Positions 11,885 to 23,888 of a stretch of 64,000 nucleotides of DNA are shown piece by piece. A program made the translations under genes and the position numbers. This stretch comes from Schizochytrium sp. TIO01 (taxonomy: Eukaryota; Protista; Bigyra: Labyrinthulomycetes). The stretch covers positions 658,436 through 722,435 of the forward strand of contig SMSO01000031.1 in assembly GCA_004764695.1 (NCBI GenBank). The letters run 5' to 3'. The first letter of the stretch is position 1, and every line of letters begins with the position of its first letter. The notes beneath the pieces were generated by a model. The model had not been told where the DNA came from. It saw only the letters and a program-made list of their open reading frames with translations, and did not search any database.

Positions 11885-14800
11885 ATGAGCAGTATTATGT
11901 CTCATTGCAACCTCGCTGGAAGTGGAGCTGATCAAACGGCTCGTAGTAGCTTTCATTCCATCCTGCTGGGTAGGGCTATCGGATTCTTGACCCGGCTCGG
12001 GCAGGCGTCTGTGAGATTTGGCATGCACGTGCGTGCCAAGCTAGTTTCTTGCAAGGAGTACCTGCTGGACCTCCTCAAGGTCTGCAAGAATTCTGCAATG
12101 GCTCGTATGAGCCGTAAGTCAGCCTGCTCGACCTCTTCGGGAGTCAGCACTTCGGCTACTGTGGAGCTTGTCAACCTGACTATTGGAAAGGCTACCCACC
12201 CCACCAACGTGCTCGTCAGCACTTGTGGCAGTGCAGCTACTTCAAAACTCGCCAGCGTAGGAGTTGCCGGCTTGATTAAGGTAAATGCTTTCAACCTGGG
12301 TAACGTTGAAAATACTGTCTCGGCCAATCTAAGGCCCATTACTTCAGCTAACGTGGAGCCCACTGCTATTACTAACGTTAATGGCATTTCTCGGCCTAGC
12401 AAGCAGGCCTTTGCGCTTGTTGCTGTTGTAACTGCTGTCCTTGTTGCAACAGGAGCCGTAATGCAGGCTTCCCCCTCCGTTAAGGCGAAGGTCTCTACTT
12501 CAACCAAGGCGAAGTTCAAGACGAAGGCTAAGACCTCGGCAAAGGTCAAGGTTAAGACGGAGCCTGACAGCCCGGGTATCGCAAAGAATACCAGTCAGGC
12601 CCACTTGGAGTCTACTGTCATGGCTAATGTGGAATCTCCGGAAGTGGCTAATGTGGAATCTCTGGAAGTGGCTAATGTGGAATCTCCGGAAGTGGCTAAT
12701 GTGGAATCTCTGGAAGTGGCTAACGTGGAAGCCGTTGCGGAGCCTAATGTTTTGCTCAATGTGGAGCCCAATGTCTCGGAGCCTGTCACGTTGGCTGATG
12801 TGGAGGCAACTGGGCCTGCCATCGCTAAGTCTGCTGAATTGCCGAGCGTAGACCTTACGGAACTGACGGACGAGGGAGTCCTCAGTCCTTCCCATGTGGA
12901 ACTCACTCACTCGGCAGCTGCGGATGCTGCCTCTTTGGATCATATCGCTGCCACTGATTCAGTGGGAGGGGTGGCCGTAGAAACAGCTTCCCCAATCAAT
13001 ACCGCATCTGATGATTCGGTTGATACGAACATTACTGATCTGGCTGACGAGGGAGTCGCCGGCTCAGCGCACGTGGAACTTATCACCTCCGTAAATGTGG
13101 AGCCCGCTTCAGCGTCTAATGTAGAGATGGTGACTCCACTGAAGGCGGAGACTATTCTTGCTTCCAAGAATGCTACTAAGAAGGCCATCAAGAAAACCTT
13201 TGACTTGGTCAATGTGGTATCCGCTGTTCTTGCTGCGACAGGAGCTTCTGTGGCAAAGGCGAAGCCTCCCTCATCGTTGGCAAAGATTAAGAAGAAGATC
13301 AAGTCATCTACTTCGACCAAGACGAAGGCCAAGACGAAGTCCAAGACGAAGTCCAAGACGAAGGCCAAGACCTCGGCAAAGGTCAAGGATAAGACGGTGT
13401 CTGACAGCCCGGGTATCGCAAAGAACACCAGTCAGGCCCACTTGGAGTCTACTGTCATGGCTAACGTGGAATCTCCGGAAGTGGCTAATGTGGAATCTCC
13501 GGAAGTGGCTAATGTGGAATCTCTGGAAGTGGCTAACGTGGAAGCCGTTGCGGAGCCTAATGTTTTGCTCAATGTGGATCCCAATGTCTCGGAGCCTGTC
13601 ACGTTGGCTGATGTGGAAGCAGCTGGGCCTGCCATCGCTAAGTCTGCTGAATTGCCGAGCGTAGACCTTACGGAACTGACGGACGAGGGAGTCCTCAGTC
13701 CTTCCCATGTGGAACTCACTCACTCGGCAGCTGCGGATGCTGCCTCTTTGGATCATATCGCTGCCACTGACTCAGTGGGAGGGGTGGCCGTAGAAACAGC
13801 TTCCCCAATCAATACCGCATCTGATGATTCGGTTGATACGGACATTACTGATCTGGCTGACGAGGGAGTCGCCGGCTCAGCGCACGTGGAACTTATCACC
13901 TCCGTAAATGTGGAGCCCGCTTCAGCGTCTAATGTAGAGATGGTGACTCCACTGAAGGCGGAGACTATTCTTGCTTCCAAGAATGCTACCAAGAAGGCCA
14001 TCAAGAAAACCTTTGACTTGGTCAATGTGGTATCCGCTGTTCTTGCTGCGACAGGAGCTTCTGTGGCAAAGGCGAAGCCTCCCTCATCGTTGGCAAAGAT
14101 TAAGAAGAAGATCAAGTCATCTACTTCGACCAAGACGAAGTCCAAGACGAAGGCCAAGACCTCGGCAAAGGTCAAGGATAAGACGGTTGTCTGACAGCCC
14201 GGGTATCGCAAAGAACACCAGTCAGGCCCACTTGGAGTCTACTGTCATGGCTAATGTGGAATCTCTGGAAGTGGCGGGTGTGGAGACGTTAAAGTCAACT
14301 GCTATGAATGAATCGAACATGATTGTCACTGAAGACCATGTTGCGACTACTACGAAGCTTTTAGACTTTGCAGACATGGAGAATTGCAGCTCCCGTCAAA
14401 TGGATCAAGTTGAGGAATGCATCGCAATTCAGCAGGCTGGCTGCGGCATTAATGATCCTGAAGACTTTGAAAATGCATCTTGCAATGCGAATATGTCCCT
14501 AAGGGACACTGCAGATAAGAAGGATCTGCATAGTTCTGCAATGGATTGCGTTTACCTCGCTGATCATGTGTCCAAGACCACGCAGCATCTCAACCCTAAG
14601 CGACTTCTGATGGGTCAGCTTGCAGAGATTGCAGAAATGATCGCACGAGACCCATTCGTCTCCAATAATGGTGTTATTGATGCGAAGAAGAACGGCGGCA
14701 TCTTTACTGACTACGAAGATGATACCGTAGGAGCAAGTAAGCACAACAAATCTCCCTCGCCTCTTCAGGACCCGATGGCCTCTCAAGACTTGCGTAATAT

Positions 14801-16007
14801 TGTCTGTGAAATTGAAAGCAAGGAGATCAATGAAGACGAAGTGGAGTTGCAAAGTACCAAACTTTGTGATTGGAGTTCTGTTGACGTCGACCACTCCAGC
14901 AATGTCCAGTTGAAGTCTTTTCATAAGAAGGCCGAAGACGTGTTGGATGTTTATAAATCTCAACAATCAGGTGCCAAGGTCAACGTTTTCAAGAATCGGC
15001 CGTCTCGCGAAGAGGTCGCTACGAATAGTGGTGTGGGTCATCTCGTTGTTGCATCCATGAAGCATGTATGCACCGAGTCATTTGACGGAGAGATGAGCAA
15101 TTCGGCAAGTTCTGTCTCCTCCACAACCTCGTCTATGATTGACAATGCCAGCCAGACTGAGGACAGCAGTACGACAGGGGCAATTGATTTATCTGCGGAT
15201 GCAGTGTTCGGTACGGAGGAGGCCTATGAGCAGACGAGCGTGTCCACAACGAAGGAAGATTTTGTGGATGTCAACGCGGCAGATCAAAATGTTCTTGAGC
15301 AATCTAAGGTAGACAGTGTGGAGAGCACTCTCCTTGAGAAGTTTACGCTCGAGCCCTCTAGCAACCAGACGCCAAAGACCAAGTCTGCTTACGAGGACGA
15401 AGAGTTCGCAAGGACCTATCCATGCATGAATGCATTTATCAACGAAGGGCCTATCGGAGACTGGGCATCTTGCGATGATGATGTCATGTGGGGTCAAGAG
15501 GCTCATGGTATGCATGTAGAAGATGCGCGTTCAGCTAAGCAGTCGATTACTAGCCCGTCTTCTGAAGCAAAAAAGGGCTACAATATTAGCTATTTTATGC
15601 CGGCCCGGGGCAAGAAGTCTTCGAAGAAGTCTTCGAGGAAGTCATCGAAGAAGTCATCGAAGAAGTCCTCCCGTACAAAGGTAATCACAACCCCGCAAGT
15701 TCAATGGGAGCAGCGACGCACTCAGAGCGAGGCAAACGAAGACGCCGATACCGCGTCCAGCGTTGAAACACGCGCGTCTCCTATTTCGTGGGATAATTTG
15801 TCCCGGGATACAGACGAAAACCGCAACAGCCTCACTAATGCCTGCGCGGGAAGCAGTGACAGTACGTCTTGGCGTCGAGCAAAGCATACGAACAGCGACA
15901 TTGCGGACCAATTGAAGGTTGAATCCTCAATGGAAGGAAACAAGAAGTCAACCTTTGTTTATTACCCGGGGACTAAAGCGGGATCTCGGCGGAAGGTCAA
16001 AAAGTAA
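11885..16007 (+). CDS. Large low-complexity orphan protein (~1370 aa once a single-base frameshift at 14187-14188 is corrected) with internal ~270-aa tandem repeats
   Basis: ORFs 11828..14194 and 13971..16007 join if one T is removed: GACGGTTGTCTGAC at 14182-14195 versus GACGGTGTCTGAC in the sister repeat at 13393-13405. First ATG at 11885. No recognisable domain. Confidence 0.7.
12338..14275 (+). repeat. Intragenic tandem repeat (units of 837 and 790 bp) with nested 24-bp (VANVES[P/L]E) and 12-bp (KTK[A/S]) minisatellites
   Basis: The anchor GACAGCCCGGGTATCGCAAAGAA recurs at 12566, 13403 and 14193. The two full copies are near-identical, and an older diverged partial copy lies upstream (ITSANVEP...VLVATGA). 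Confidence 0.92.
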
Positions 16008-16877
16008 AACTTAGATTTACAAGCAGTATGTACCTCAGCAAAATTTAAAATCAAGGTACTTCTATACCCGTCTAAGGTATTCACTACTCCATGGTGCACA
16101 TTGCGACAGCTTTTTCGACCTGTGTTAAATAGTGTCTTCACACTTCTCTTCCAGAATACCAGCTTGTGACGTGCATTTTATGAAGTTTACAGAACTAATA
16201 ATATAAATAAATCAGATATAGCATCATACATTTTCAACTCAAATTAGTCACCTGAGAGTACTTCTTCAAATTCAAATGAAATGATTTTAGGACTAGTGAA
16301 TTCTCGATCAATTCATTGCCAAACTTCATCAATTTAGTAGATATACTCAATCCATGGCTGTATGGTAGGTGCCTTTTCTTTCTTAGCGATGGCCAACAGA
16401 TAATACACGTCAAGCAAACAAACGCTATTTTGGAGAGAATGAAGCACTGTAAAGTTTCAAGTTATTGAACCCCTCAAGTCTCGACACTATATGCCCAGAT
16501 GATCTAATTCGTTCAGCATGGGATACACTAAACAAACTGTTCGGATAAGTAAATGCAAAAAAATGTTTGTGCAAAAGCGTTTAGTCAAAGCAGTTCATAC
16601 GCAAAGGAGATTCCTACCGTTACGATCGGCATATTCCGTAGGGTTTCTCTTTTGCTTGGAGTGTAAATAAACATAAATTCAAACATTTGAAGGTGATTTG
16701 ATTTTTAGAGGAGATACTCTCCCATCACGCTATAAGCTTTTTAGATGTGAGCAAAATAAGACTAACATGACCAATTTGCAGGTAACTAAATCTGAGTCGC
16801 ATATACACATAGAAATACTGTACCATCTTTAGATGCACCCTTAAGAAAGAGTATTTCAGGGAGGTTATAGGTCGAGC

Positions 16878-18767
16878 TTACATTTGTGGATCATCTAGCT
16901 CTGCACTGCTGTAGAGGAGGGTGAGATAAAAGTTGTGAAGAAGTCGGAGGTTATCCACTGAGATTCGTTCATCAACACCGTGAAACATTTTCGTCTCCTC
17001 TACACTTTCAAATACTACCGGACTAAAGCGGAAAATATGAGTTTTGCCTTCCTCATGCAGCCCCCAGTAATGTTGGGTATCAGTATTTCCAATCATCACA
17101 TTTGGCGCAGAGGCTGCGTCGAAGACATGACGGACAACCCGCTTAAGCACACGAAACTGTGAAGAGTCGATTGGTGTGATGGGCGAAGGTTCAATTGGAT
17201 CCATATCACCTTGAAGCTCAATCGACACACGCGGATCGTTGATGACACGTCGATCATAGTTCATGATCGACTGATAGCTACCATCCGCAGGGTGAATTCT
17301 ATGATTTACAATGGCGGTGGCCTCTCCTGGAAGAACATTGAATTTCGAACCGCCTTTGATGATTGTCACAGCAGTGGTGGTACGAATACTTGCAGCTGTA
17401 GCGTTCCGACCCAATAGAACTTTTTTGAGCAGCGGGCGAAAGAGCCAGGGGTTGCCAAAGAGGATGCGGAGTGATACAGGAAGTTCGGATCCTAGAGTTT
17501 GCCAGCATTTAATCAAATAATCCAGTCCACGCGGGGGGCACGGGCGCTGTTCTAAACGTTTGATCGCCGAGGCCAAGATACCGATGTTCGAGCCTCCTTT
17601 TGCCTCTGGCATTGAGCTGTGACCTGAGGGTTTAGCTGAAACCGAAAGGCGAAAAGTCGCCATGCCCTTCTCAGTAGTTCCAATCAAAGCAATGGGTTTA
17701 GTGAGGCCAGGGAGAATGTTTTTGATAAGGAATGTGCCTTCATCAATGAGAAAGGCCAAGTGCTGCTTACGAGCGTCCAAGCGGCTCCGGATCTCGGTAG
17801 CAATATGCTCTGCACCTTCTGTGCCTCCTAGCTCTTCGTCATGTCCGAAGCAGATGTAGACCGTGCGATCAGGTCTTTCCACACCAGCAGCAAGAAGAGT
17901 TTCAAGAGCGGCTAATTGAGATACAACATTATGCTTATTGTCGATCGCGCCGCGTCCCCAAATCACGCCGTTGTCGTCGATCTTGCCAGCAAACGGATCA
18001 GGAATAGACCAGGATGACGCATAGGGAGTAGGGACCACATCCAAATGTGCGCAGAACATAATAGGTGGGAGAAGTTTGCTTTTTCCTTTCCATTCGTAAA
18101 TGAGACTGTAATTATTCACGACTGTGCGAATTACATATTTAGACTGATGCAACAGTGGGAAGCGATCTTGCAACACACGGTGCAGTTTAAGAAACTCTTC
18201 ATAGTCGGTGGTATCACCATCCGGGTTCTCTGGATCATACGAGACAGTTTTGCAACGAATTGCCTGTGAGAGGGTCTCCGCGAGGTGAGCTGTATCGTCG
18301 TTGCTCTTAAATGTCATTTTATCCAAGTCTGGATCGAAGGCTTTGAAGTCGTCGCTATTTTGCGTCTTGCCAAGCGCTATAGTGTTTCCAGCCACGGACA
18401 TACCAATCGTCACGATAGCTACAAGTAAAGCACCAAAGCATTGCATTTCATGTCGTACATCCTCGCCAGAACGACGTGCTTCTGCAGCAGTTGCTCCCAC
18501 AAGGAGAATGATGGCGGCCCACGCGACAAGGTTGATTCTCTGGTGCAACTTTCCGAGGGTGTCTGCAACACTTGTGATATTGGGGATTGCTGTGGCATCT
18601 TGCAGAGCAACCTGCGCTTTGGTCAAGGCATCCGGTTCGCCGATATAGCCTTCCTCGCGAGACGCACAAACCCAGCACGAGTGTCTGCTTGGGACCGTCA
18701 TCGTTGGGGAGGAATCTTTGCCGCAGTCCTCGCCGGCATGCTCGTCGTGCCCGCACCCTGCCGTCAT
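16878..18767 (-). CDS. M20A metallopeptidase/amidohydrolase, PM20D1/carboxypeptidase S-like, with N-terminal TM segments (copy A)
   Basis: Metal-ligand motifs CAHLDVVP, WGRGAIDNK, GHDEELGG, IDEG, GHSSMP, GNTDTQHY and FHGVDERI. Two hydrophobic helices precede the catalytic domain. Confidence 0.92.
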   Translation of the reverse strand: MTAGCGHDEHAGEDCGKDSSPTMTVPSRHSCWVCASREEGYIGEPDALTKAQVALQDATAIPNITSVADTLGKLHQRINLVAWAAIILLVGATAAEARRSGEDVRHEMQCFGALLVAIVTIGMSVAGNTIALGKTQNSDDFKAFDPDLDKMTFKSNDDTAHLAETLSQAIRCKTVSYDPENPDGDTTDYEEFLKLHRVLQDRFPLLHQSKYVIRTVVNNYSLIYEWKGKSKLLPPIMFCAHLDVVPTPYASSWSIPDPFAGKIDDNGVIWGRGAIDNKHNVVSQLAALETLLAAGVERPDRTVYICFGHDEELGGTEGAEHIATEIRSRLDARKQHLAFLIDEGTFLIKNILPGLTKPIALIGTTEKGMATFRLSVSAKPSGHSSMPEAKGGSNIGILASAIKRLEQRPCPPRGLDYLIKCWQTLGSELPVSLRILFGNPWLFRPLLKKVLLGRNATAASIRTTTAVTIIKGGSKFNVLPGEATAIVNHRIHPADGSYQSIMNYDRRVINDPRVSIELQGDMDPIEPSPITPIDSSQFRVLKRVVRHVFDAASAPNVMIGNTDTQHYWGLHEEGKTHIFRFSPVVFESVEETKMFHGVDERISVDNLRLLHNFYLTLLYSSAELDDPQM

Positions 18768-21700
18768 CCTAGCTTTTAGCCACTCAGCTACCTTGCCAAA
18801 TCCTCTTCCTCACCAGCCTAAGTCCCTTCCAAGCTTCCAAGTTCGAGTTCTGCTGACCTCTCAGTAGCCCAGAGTCCAACGAGGTTGCTTCTGTGGAATG
18901 AAATTCTATGTAACGCAATGTAATTTTATTTCTTATAATGAAAATATGTACTTTTACTTTTTCCTTCTTCAAAAAGAAATGGAAAGACATAGGTGTTCTA
19001 GTAGGCACTAGGTAGTAAGTAGCGCTCACTTTTCATTCTCCTTGTACAGGTAAACTTTAAGTGGGCTTAGGCACCGCACACCTGGCCTCAAAAGAGCGCA
19101 TTTTCAATCTCTTGAGGAATTCTATTTCGCGAATCAATTACCGCAATCGAATATCGAGCTCGAAGCTGCGGTCGCTGAGACCAAGGTCAAGACCAAGCCG
19201 AGCAACCGTTCTCGATGGCGTAGCGGAACGGTGCAGAGACATATACTACATAACCTCCACTTCAGAGTTGATAAGGCTCGAGGCACGCGCTGACGGTGTG
19301 TACCAGTCTTTCTGCTAGCCTGAGGTAATGAGCTGTTACTGTCAAGATTGCAAAGGATGATACTTCGTGACCTTGAATTTGCTCGGCGAGGCGATCAAAG
19401 TAGAGCAGGTAGGTCATTGCGTTGAACTGCGGCTGGCTCGAAGAGCGATGCTGAAGTGGTCCTTTCTCTCGCCCTCTGCCACCTTCACCTTGGACGGTCA
19501 CAATGACGCCGAGGTGCCAGCCACTACATTGCGGCAGAATTTCTATTCCAGTTTCGTCTTCCCAACAAGTTGGTAGCCCGAAAAACACTCGCTCCATTCC
19601 TCAAGCTCAACTCAAATTGCTCAATCTGAGCTGGCCATCGGGTGATCAAGCGCTCGCTGTCTTTGGGTTCACTAGGACGATTATCATCACGAAGAGATAG
19701 CTTCTGGAGAAGAACCCTTTTGCGGGAAATTCGCGGCTTGGCAGGCTCGATTGACCGGGCTGTGAACCAAGTCAAACAAACAAACATACGCTCACGAAGC
19801 AAACTTGAGGTACACGTCTTTGAGAATTCAATCGTAGCTCGAGCTCAGGCTGCAGCTGAACCTGAGCTGTGTTTTCCCAATATGTTGCGGCCTTGGCAGC
19901 TCAAAGGTTGCAGCCAAGAAGATTTGTCCTGGCCCAGAGATGTAAACGTATCAAGGTGTTCTGTCTAGGATACCATCAGGTGTGCTGGTCACGATGCAAA
20001 CGAACCCAAAGCTGACGTGGAGGTGACACCAGCGAGCGATGTAATGAATCTCGAGCAGGATGACATCAGCGGCTGGAAGCATTCTCATTCGTACCTATTA
20101 ATTTAGATTCGCTCGCTCTAAAGTAAACAACCAAACCAAACCGTGCTACGGACTCAGGAGTGATGATGACGCGTGGGTGCGTGGGTCCGGGATTTGGAGG
20201 TTACAGTGGATCGATTAATTAGAGCATGAGATCCTTGCAAGCTGGAAAACGGAATTTTTCACCACTTCTTCTCAGGTCGGGTCTGAATGGCGGTCCATTT
20301 AATGGGATACTACACCACGCTGGATCTCACGCATCTGCAGCTCAGAGGCGTGATTGATTGCATTCATTCATTCACTCATTTCAAGAACTCTCTGCAATGT
20401 ACTACGGTGATACATTGTTCAAGTTGCACGCACCTGGGAGTCTCAATTGTCGACTTCCTTTGCCACGAAGGCAGTACATAGTACTTTGATACTATAGGTA
20501 GTCGGTCATCGTCATTACAAGTGCTGAGAAGAGAATGACAGGAGTTGTCTCTGACTAATGAGAGTGAGTAAGGCCTCGGTGTGATTCTGTGCTAGGCGTT
20601 GCCGACCTGCCGCCTAAGCACCGCCAATTGAGAACGACGAAGTCCGGAGGCTATACCTAAAACGAGGATTTACTTGGGTAGAAACTCAAGTCATAGCATG
20701 CCACTCATGCGAAGTCCGAGCCGCTATTGATTATATACGCCAGGCGGCTATCTATTTTTAATTTAATTTAATTTAATTAAACAAATAACAGCTAAAATTT
20801 CAAGACATTAATAATAATAATATAGCAATAAATAAACTTGAGTTTTATTCATTAAAAAAAAAAAAACTAAAAAAAAACTGTTGTTGCCTGCCAGTGATTG
20901 AGTGGTCCATAGTTTGTAAAAATGCTATGGTGTGTTTTTTGTTGTGACGAAACTTCGGATTTCACAAAGTACAATTCAACAAGAGTGCGATACTTTTACT
21001 TCTATTCTTATGAAAAAAAAATAGTATGTTTCAAAGTTCATGTCTGAATAAAACCAACCCTCGAGATAGGCAATGAGTACATAAATATTCCCATTATCAC
21101 TAACAGATATGAGAAGGAGAGGTTTCCTAAGAAAGAAATTAGAAGCAAGTATAAATACAAAAGAAACTGCTTGCCTTGCACATTCGATCATACCACGCGG
21201 GTAACACCTCATCTCATTCGCACTGAGAAGTAAAGTCGCGTAGGGCCGGGTCAGTAGTATGATAGGGGACTGCATGCGAAGCCCCAGTGTTGAATGTCTT
21301 TTGCTCCTTTTTGTTGTCTAGATTACCTTATGAAAGCAACTCCGAGGGTGCATGTATGTCTCTAGCTAGACTAGTGAACATCTTGAGTTAATAATGCACA
21401 GCACTCAAGTCTCCCTCAGCGCACCAATGGGCTCCCCAAAAGAAACATAAAAAGACAATGGATTTCGCCTACTCCTGCAAGTTGCTTAATTTTGCTCCTG
21501 TCATCAACTTCGTCACTTGCATTCAAAGAAGGGAAAGACTTACCCCTAAACTATTTTTGCGATTTAACTATCTTTAATTGAAGGCAAAGTCAGGTTAGAG
21601 TGATCGTATTTCTTGTGATTGAGGTGGTATCGAAACAACTAGCCTTCGTTTAAAAACTATCTTAGACTCGATAGTACTGTTGTTCTTATTGAGTATGGCT

Positions 21701-21974
21701 TGAGATTTTAGTCAAGCTATTTGCATGTTTTTGCACTTGCTAGATCAAAAAGGCTTACAGTTATTGGTAAAAGAAAAGAAATCAAATCCTCATGATGATC
21801 TGTGTTGTACATTTTACGCATGATCAAATGTAATTTGAACACTGCAAGAATGGCATTTAAACATCAACATTAGCAAACGGTACCAACGAAGATGTATGCA
21901 ACAACTTTTACAAGCATTACGCAAGAGCAGAAATATTGATGAAGGAAAAATAGTTGATAATAGCGTATACACAC

Positions 21975-23888
21975 TTAATTTGAAGGATTGTCCACCTGGG
22001 AAGCGCTGTGGATGAGGCATGCATAAAAGTTGTGAAGCTTCACAAGATTCTTGGTGGTGACACGCTCGTTGATGCCATGAAACATCCTCGTATCTTCAAG
22101 GCATTCGAAGACAATGGGGGTAAAGCGGAAAATGAAGGTCTTGCCCTCCTCATGCAAAGTCCAGTAATGGCGGGTATCAGTGTTACCCACCATGATACTC
22201 GGCACAGAGGGAGCATTGAAGATACGGTGAACCACTGAAGCAAGGACTCGGTACTGAGGCGAGTCTGCAGGTGTAATAGGAGATGGCTCCCAAACAGGCT
22301 CACTTTCATATACAGATACTTTGACCCGTGGATCATTAATTACCTTTCGGTCATAGTCCAGAACGTATTCGTGGGATTTATCCACAGGGTGAATGCGGTG
22401 GTTAATGTAGGCGTTAACCTCACCAGGCAGGACATTGATTTTGGTTCCAGCGCGAACAATTGTCACAGCGGTAGTTGTTCTTACGCTTGCAGCAGTGGCA
22501 CTCTTGGCAAGCAAAACTCTGCGAAGCAGCGGCTTAAAAAACCAACCATTTGCAAAAAGGGCGCGGAGGCCAAACGGGAGCTCGCGACCCATCAGCTGCC
22601 AGTTGTCAATCATAAAATTCAAACCACTGGCTGGAAAGGGGCGTGCTTCAAGCCGTTTAATGGCCGAAGACAAAATTCCAATGTTAGATTCCTGAACAGG
22701 CGGCATAGAGCTGTGGCCAGGAGGATTAGTTGAAACTGAAAGCTTAACGTTCACAGAGCCCTTCTCGCTCGTACCGATGAGAGCAACAGGCTGGTTCAAT
22801 CCAGGAAGCACATTCTTGATAAGAAAAGGGCCCTCATCAAGAAGGAAGGCAAGGGACTGGTTACGAGCATCAAGGCGGCGCTTGACCTCCTTACTAATGT
22901 ATTTTGCGCCGTCTACTCCACCGAGTTCTTCATCGTGGCCCATTGCAAGGAAGACTGTACGTTCCGGCTGCGTAACTCCTGCTTGGAGCAGGCTTTCCAC
23001 GGCTTGCATTTGAGCAATCACGTTATGCTTATTATCGATAGCACCGCGCCCCCAAATGACACCGTTGTCATCAATCTCGCCACTGAAGGGATCGGGAATA
23101 GACCAGCTGGCTGCGTTTGGCGTCGGTACCACATCCAGATGCGCACAGAGCATAATGGGTGGAAGTTCCTGAGACTTCCCCTTCCATTCATACAGTAAAC
23201 TGTATTTGTTGATGACTGTGCGTTCAATGTGAGGCGACTCATGAACAAGAGGAAAGCTGTCCTGAAGCAGTTTGTGCAGGGCAAGGAATTGCGAGAAGTC
23301 AGTTTCCAAGCCCTCCAAATTGTCGGGTTCATAAGAGACTGTCTTGATCTGGATCGCCTTGGAGAGTGTCTTTGCCAGCTTCTCCGCACCAGTTGAGCCT
23401 TCCTTAATGTCAACTGAAGCAAGCTTCGCCTCGTCAAAAAGAGAAGGATTCTTGTGGTCGTCTCCCTTGCTGCCGAGGTACACTGCATTACCAACAATAA
23501 GAAAAGCCATGCTTGAAAGCGCGGCAAGGGCAGTAGCCACGATGCGCACAGTCTGAGCAGCATCCATGCTCTGGGAGCCAGAGGCCTCGACAAATGTGGA
23601 TCCCGCCAAGAGCACGACGACAACCCACATGATGAGGTTCATTCGTTTTTGCACATTGCTGGCAAATTGCAAAATATGTCTGGCACTTCCCAGCATATCT
23701 GCATCCTCGAGCGTGACTTGCGCCTTGGTAAGAGCATCGGGTTCTTCAACAAAACCGTCTTCGCGAGACGCACAAACCCAGCAGTGATTTTTGCTCGGAA
23801 GAGAAAAGCTCTCCGTCAGATGCTCTGTCGCACCGCAGCACATTCCTTCCTCGCCATCGTGATGATACTTTTGCTCTCCGCGACCCAT
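21975..23888 (-). CDS. M20A metallopeptidase/amidohydrolase, PM20D1/carboxypeptidase S-like (copy B, tandem paralog)
   Basis: Same motifs (CAHLDVVP, WGRGAIDNK, GHDEELGG, LDEG, GHSSMP, FHGINERV) and colinear with copy A. First ATG at 23888. Confidence 0.92.
   Translation of the reverse strand: MGRGEQKYHHDGEEGMCCGATEHLTESFSLPSKNHCWVCASREDGFVEEPDALTKAQVTLEDADMLGSARHILQFASNVQKRMNLIMWVVVVLLAGSTFVEASGSQSMDAAQTVRIVATALAALSSMAFLIVGNAVYLGSKGDDHKNPSLFDEAKLASVDIKEGSTGAEKLAKTLSKAIQIKTVSYEPDNLEGLETDFSQFLALHKLLQDSFPLVHESPHIERTVINKYSLLYEWKGKSQELPPIMLCAHLDVVPTPNAASWSIPDPFSGEIDDNGVIWGRGAIDNKHNVIAQMQAVESLLQAGVTQPERTVFLAMGHDEELGGVDGAKYISKEVKRRLDARNQSLAFLLDEGPFLIKNVLPGLNQPVALIGTSEKGSVNVKLSVSTNPPGHSSMPPVQESNIGILSSAIKRLEARPFPASGLNFMIDNWQLMGRELPFGLRALFANGWFFKPLLRRVLLAKSATAASVRTTTAVTIVRAGTKINVLPGEVNAYINHRIHPVDKSHEYVLDYDRKVINDPRVKVSVYESEPVWEPSPITPADSPQYRVLASVVHRIFNAPSVPSIMVGNTDTRHYWTLHEEGKTFIFRFTPIVFECLEDTRMFHGINERVTTKNLVKLHNFYACLIHSASQVDNPSN

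Noticed and set aside
12620-12730. 24-bp repeat array as a possible CRISPR
   Set aside because: Head-to-tail coding repeats with no unique spacers and no cas genes, in a eukaryotic context.
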